64,000 nt of DNA from Octopus sinensis. Its lineage: Eukaryota. Positions 62,733 to 64,000 of the stretch are shown here, piece by piece. Each line of letters begins with the position of its first letter. The first letter of the stretch is position 1. The stretch covers positions 22,506,001 through 22,570,000 of the forward strand of contig NC_043017.1 in assembly GCF_006345805.1 (NCBI RefSeq), given 5' to 3'. Below the pieces are notes generated by a model. The model searched no databases. It was not told the DNA's origin and was given only the letters and a program-made list of their open reading frames with translations. Both the position numbers and the translations under genes were made by a program.

Positions 62733-63385
62733 ATCTATTTAAACAGAGTTGAGCTTCAGTTAAACAATTACCATTCACCAATGATTGTAACAAACCAACA
62801 GACCGATAGACTGGTAGACAGATGGACAGACAGTAGACCAGATAGACGAGCATATAAAAAAGAGTGAACATCAACATGAAATGTTGAATTGGCAATGGAA
62901 TTCTTCTATCGCTGAGTAATTTGAGGAAGATTTGATTGCTATTTCTAGCAGTCGAATGACCACTAGCAGGTCATTCATTGTCTTGAGTTCTATAGTATTG
63001 TTAACAAATTTACTGAAATAGTTGAGTGCACTGATAACGTAGTTGCAGAATTTACATGGGTTGGATCTCAAGTAAGAGGCACCATTTATATTGAAGACAT
63101 AAAGCACACATCTTTCTTGTCTGTTTGTCATTAGATTGCTGTCTCTTAGTTCCACTGCTTAAGTATAGAATAAATGTGTTCCTGTAATCTATATGTACGC
63201 ACTCAAGAGTATAATAGTTAAGATGTAGGAAAAGCTGTTTTAGAGTATTAACAATATGATGTTAAAATGACAAAAGCGATCAATGGCTGATAGGAATAGT
63301 ACAGATATTGGTGCATTTAAAGTTCAGTACTTATAAAGTAGTGCCAGATTTTCGATATTTTATTCTGATGGTGATTTTAATCTAT

Positions 63386-64000
63386 GGCTGCAAGCTGGCG
63401 AAATTGTTAACACACCAGGCAAAATGTTTTGCAGCATTTCATCCGTCTTTACGTTTTGAGTTCAAATTCCACTGAGGTTGACTTTAATTTCTGAAAGCAG
63501 TGAGCTGGTAGAATCATTAGCATGCTGGGCGAAATGACCTGCAGCACTTCATCCATCTTAATGTTCTGAGTTCAAATTCCACTGAGGTTGACTTTAAGGG
63601 TGTGAGCTGGTAGAATTGTCACTGTGCCAGAACAAATTCTTAGTGGCATTTTGTCCATCTTTACATTCTGAATTCAAATGCCACAGGTGTCAACTTTGCC
63701 TTTCATCTTTTTAGGGTTAATAAAATAAGTACCAGCTGAGCACTGGGGTCACTATAACTGACTTAGCCCTTTCCCCCAAAACTGCTGGCCTTGTGCCAAC
63801 ATTTTAAATCATTATTCTGATAGTGATTTTATTCTTGGGTGGTGAGGTGGCAGAATCGTCAGCACATCAGGCAATATGCTTAGCAGCATTTCATCTCTCT
63901 TTACATTCTGAGTTCAAATTCTACCATTGTTGACTTTGCCTTTCATCCTTTTGTGGGGGAGTCGATAATATAAGTACCAGTTAAACACTGGGGATCAATA
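63386..64000 (+). mobile_element. Four tandem SINE family B copies or heads
   Basis: Heads at 63386, 63495, 63596 and 63838; the first two end at gaggttgacttt. Confidence 0.8.

Noticed and set aside
459-64000. Most ORFs in the six-frame track (poly-I, HT, YI, CV, VCM repeats and recurring SINE peptides such as RLWSARGYSRRHL)
   Set aside because: They are translations of microsatellites or of the same SINE families in different frames, not genes.

Overview
AT-rich eukaryotic genomic DNA, dense in microsatellites and SINEs. The repeat families and (TA)n/(TG)n/(TAA)n load resemble octopus (coleoid cephalopod) DNA; this is an inference from pattern, not a database result. No intact host gene can be supported: nearly all ORFs in the track are microsatellite or SINE read-throughs. 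Recognisable content: four SINE-type families (working labels A-D, many copies), 3' remnants of CR1 and L2/CR1 LINEs, an R4/Dong-like RLE retrotransposon remnant in (TAA)n, a Tc1 transposase remnant, hAT and piggyBac-type MITEs and Helitron-type non-autonomous elements. The most notable signal is a set of short insertions from about six or seven apparently unrelated families, most lying in (TA)n. Most form inverted repeats in which one arm carries an extra 60-100 nt tail, and most contain or break at a minimal type I hammerhead ribozyme fold. Intact cores show different pairs at positions 3 and 8 (C-G, G-C, U-A). This architecture matches Penelope-like element (PLE) pseudo-LTR remnants. Also seen: a 35-bp pre-miRNA-like hairpin, a tandem copy with a flipped palindrome spacer, and several weak exon candidates.
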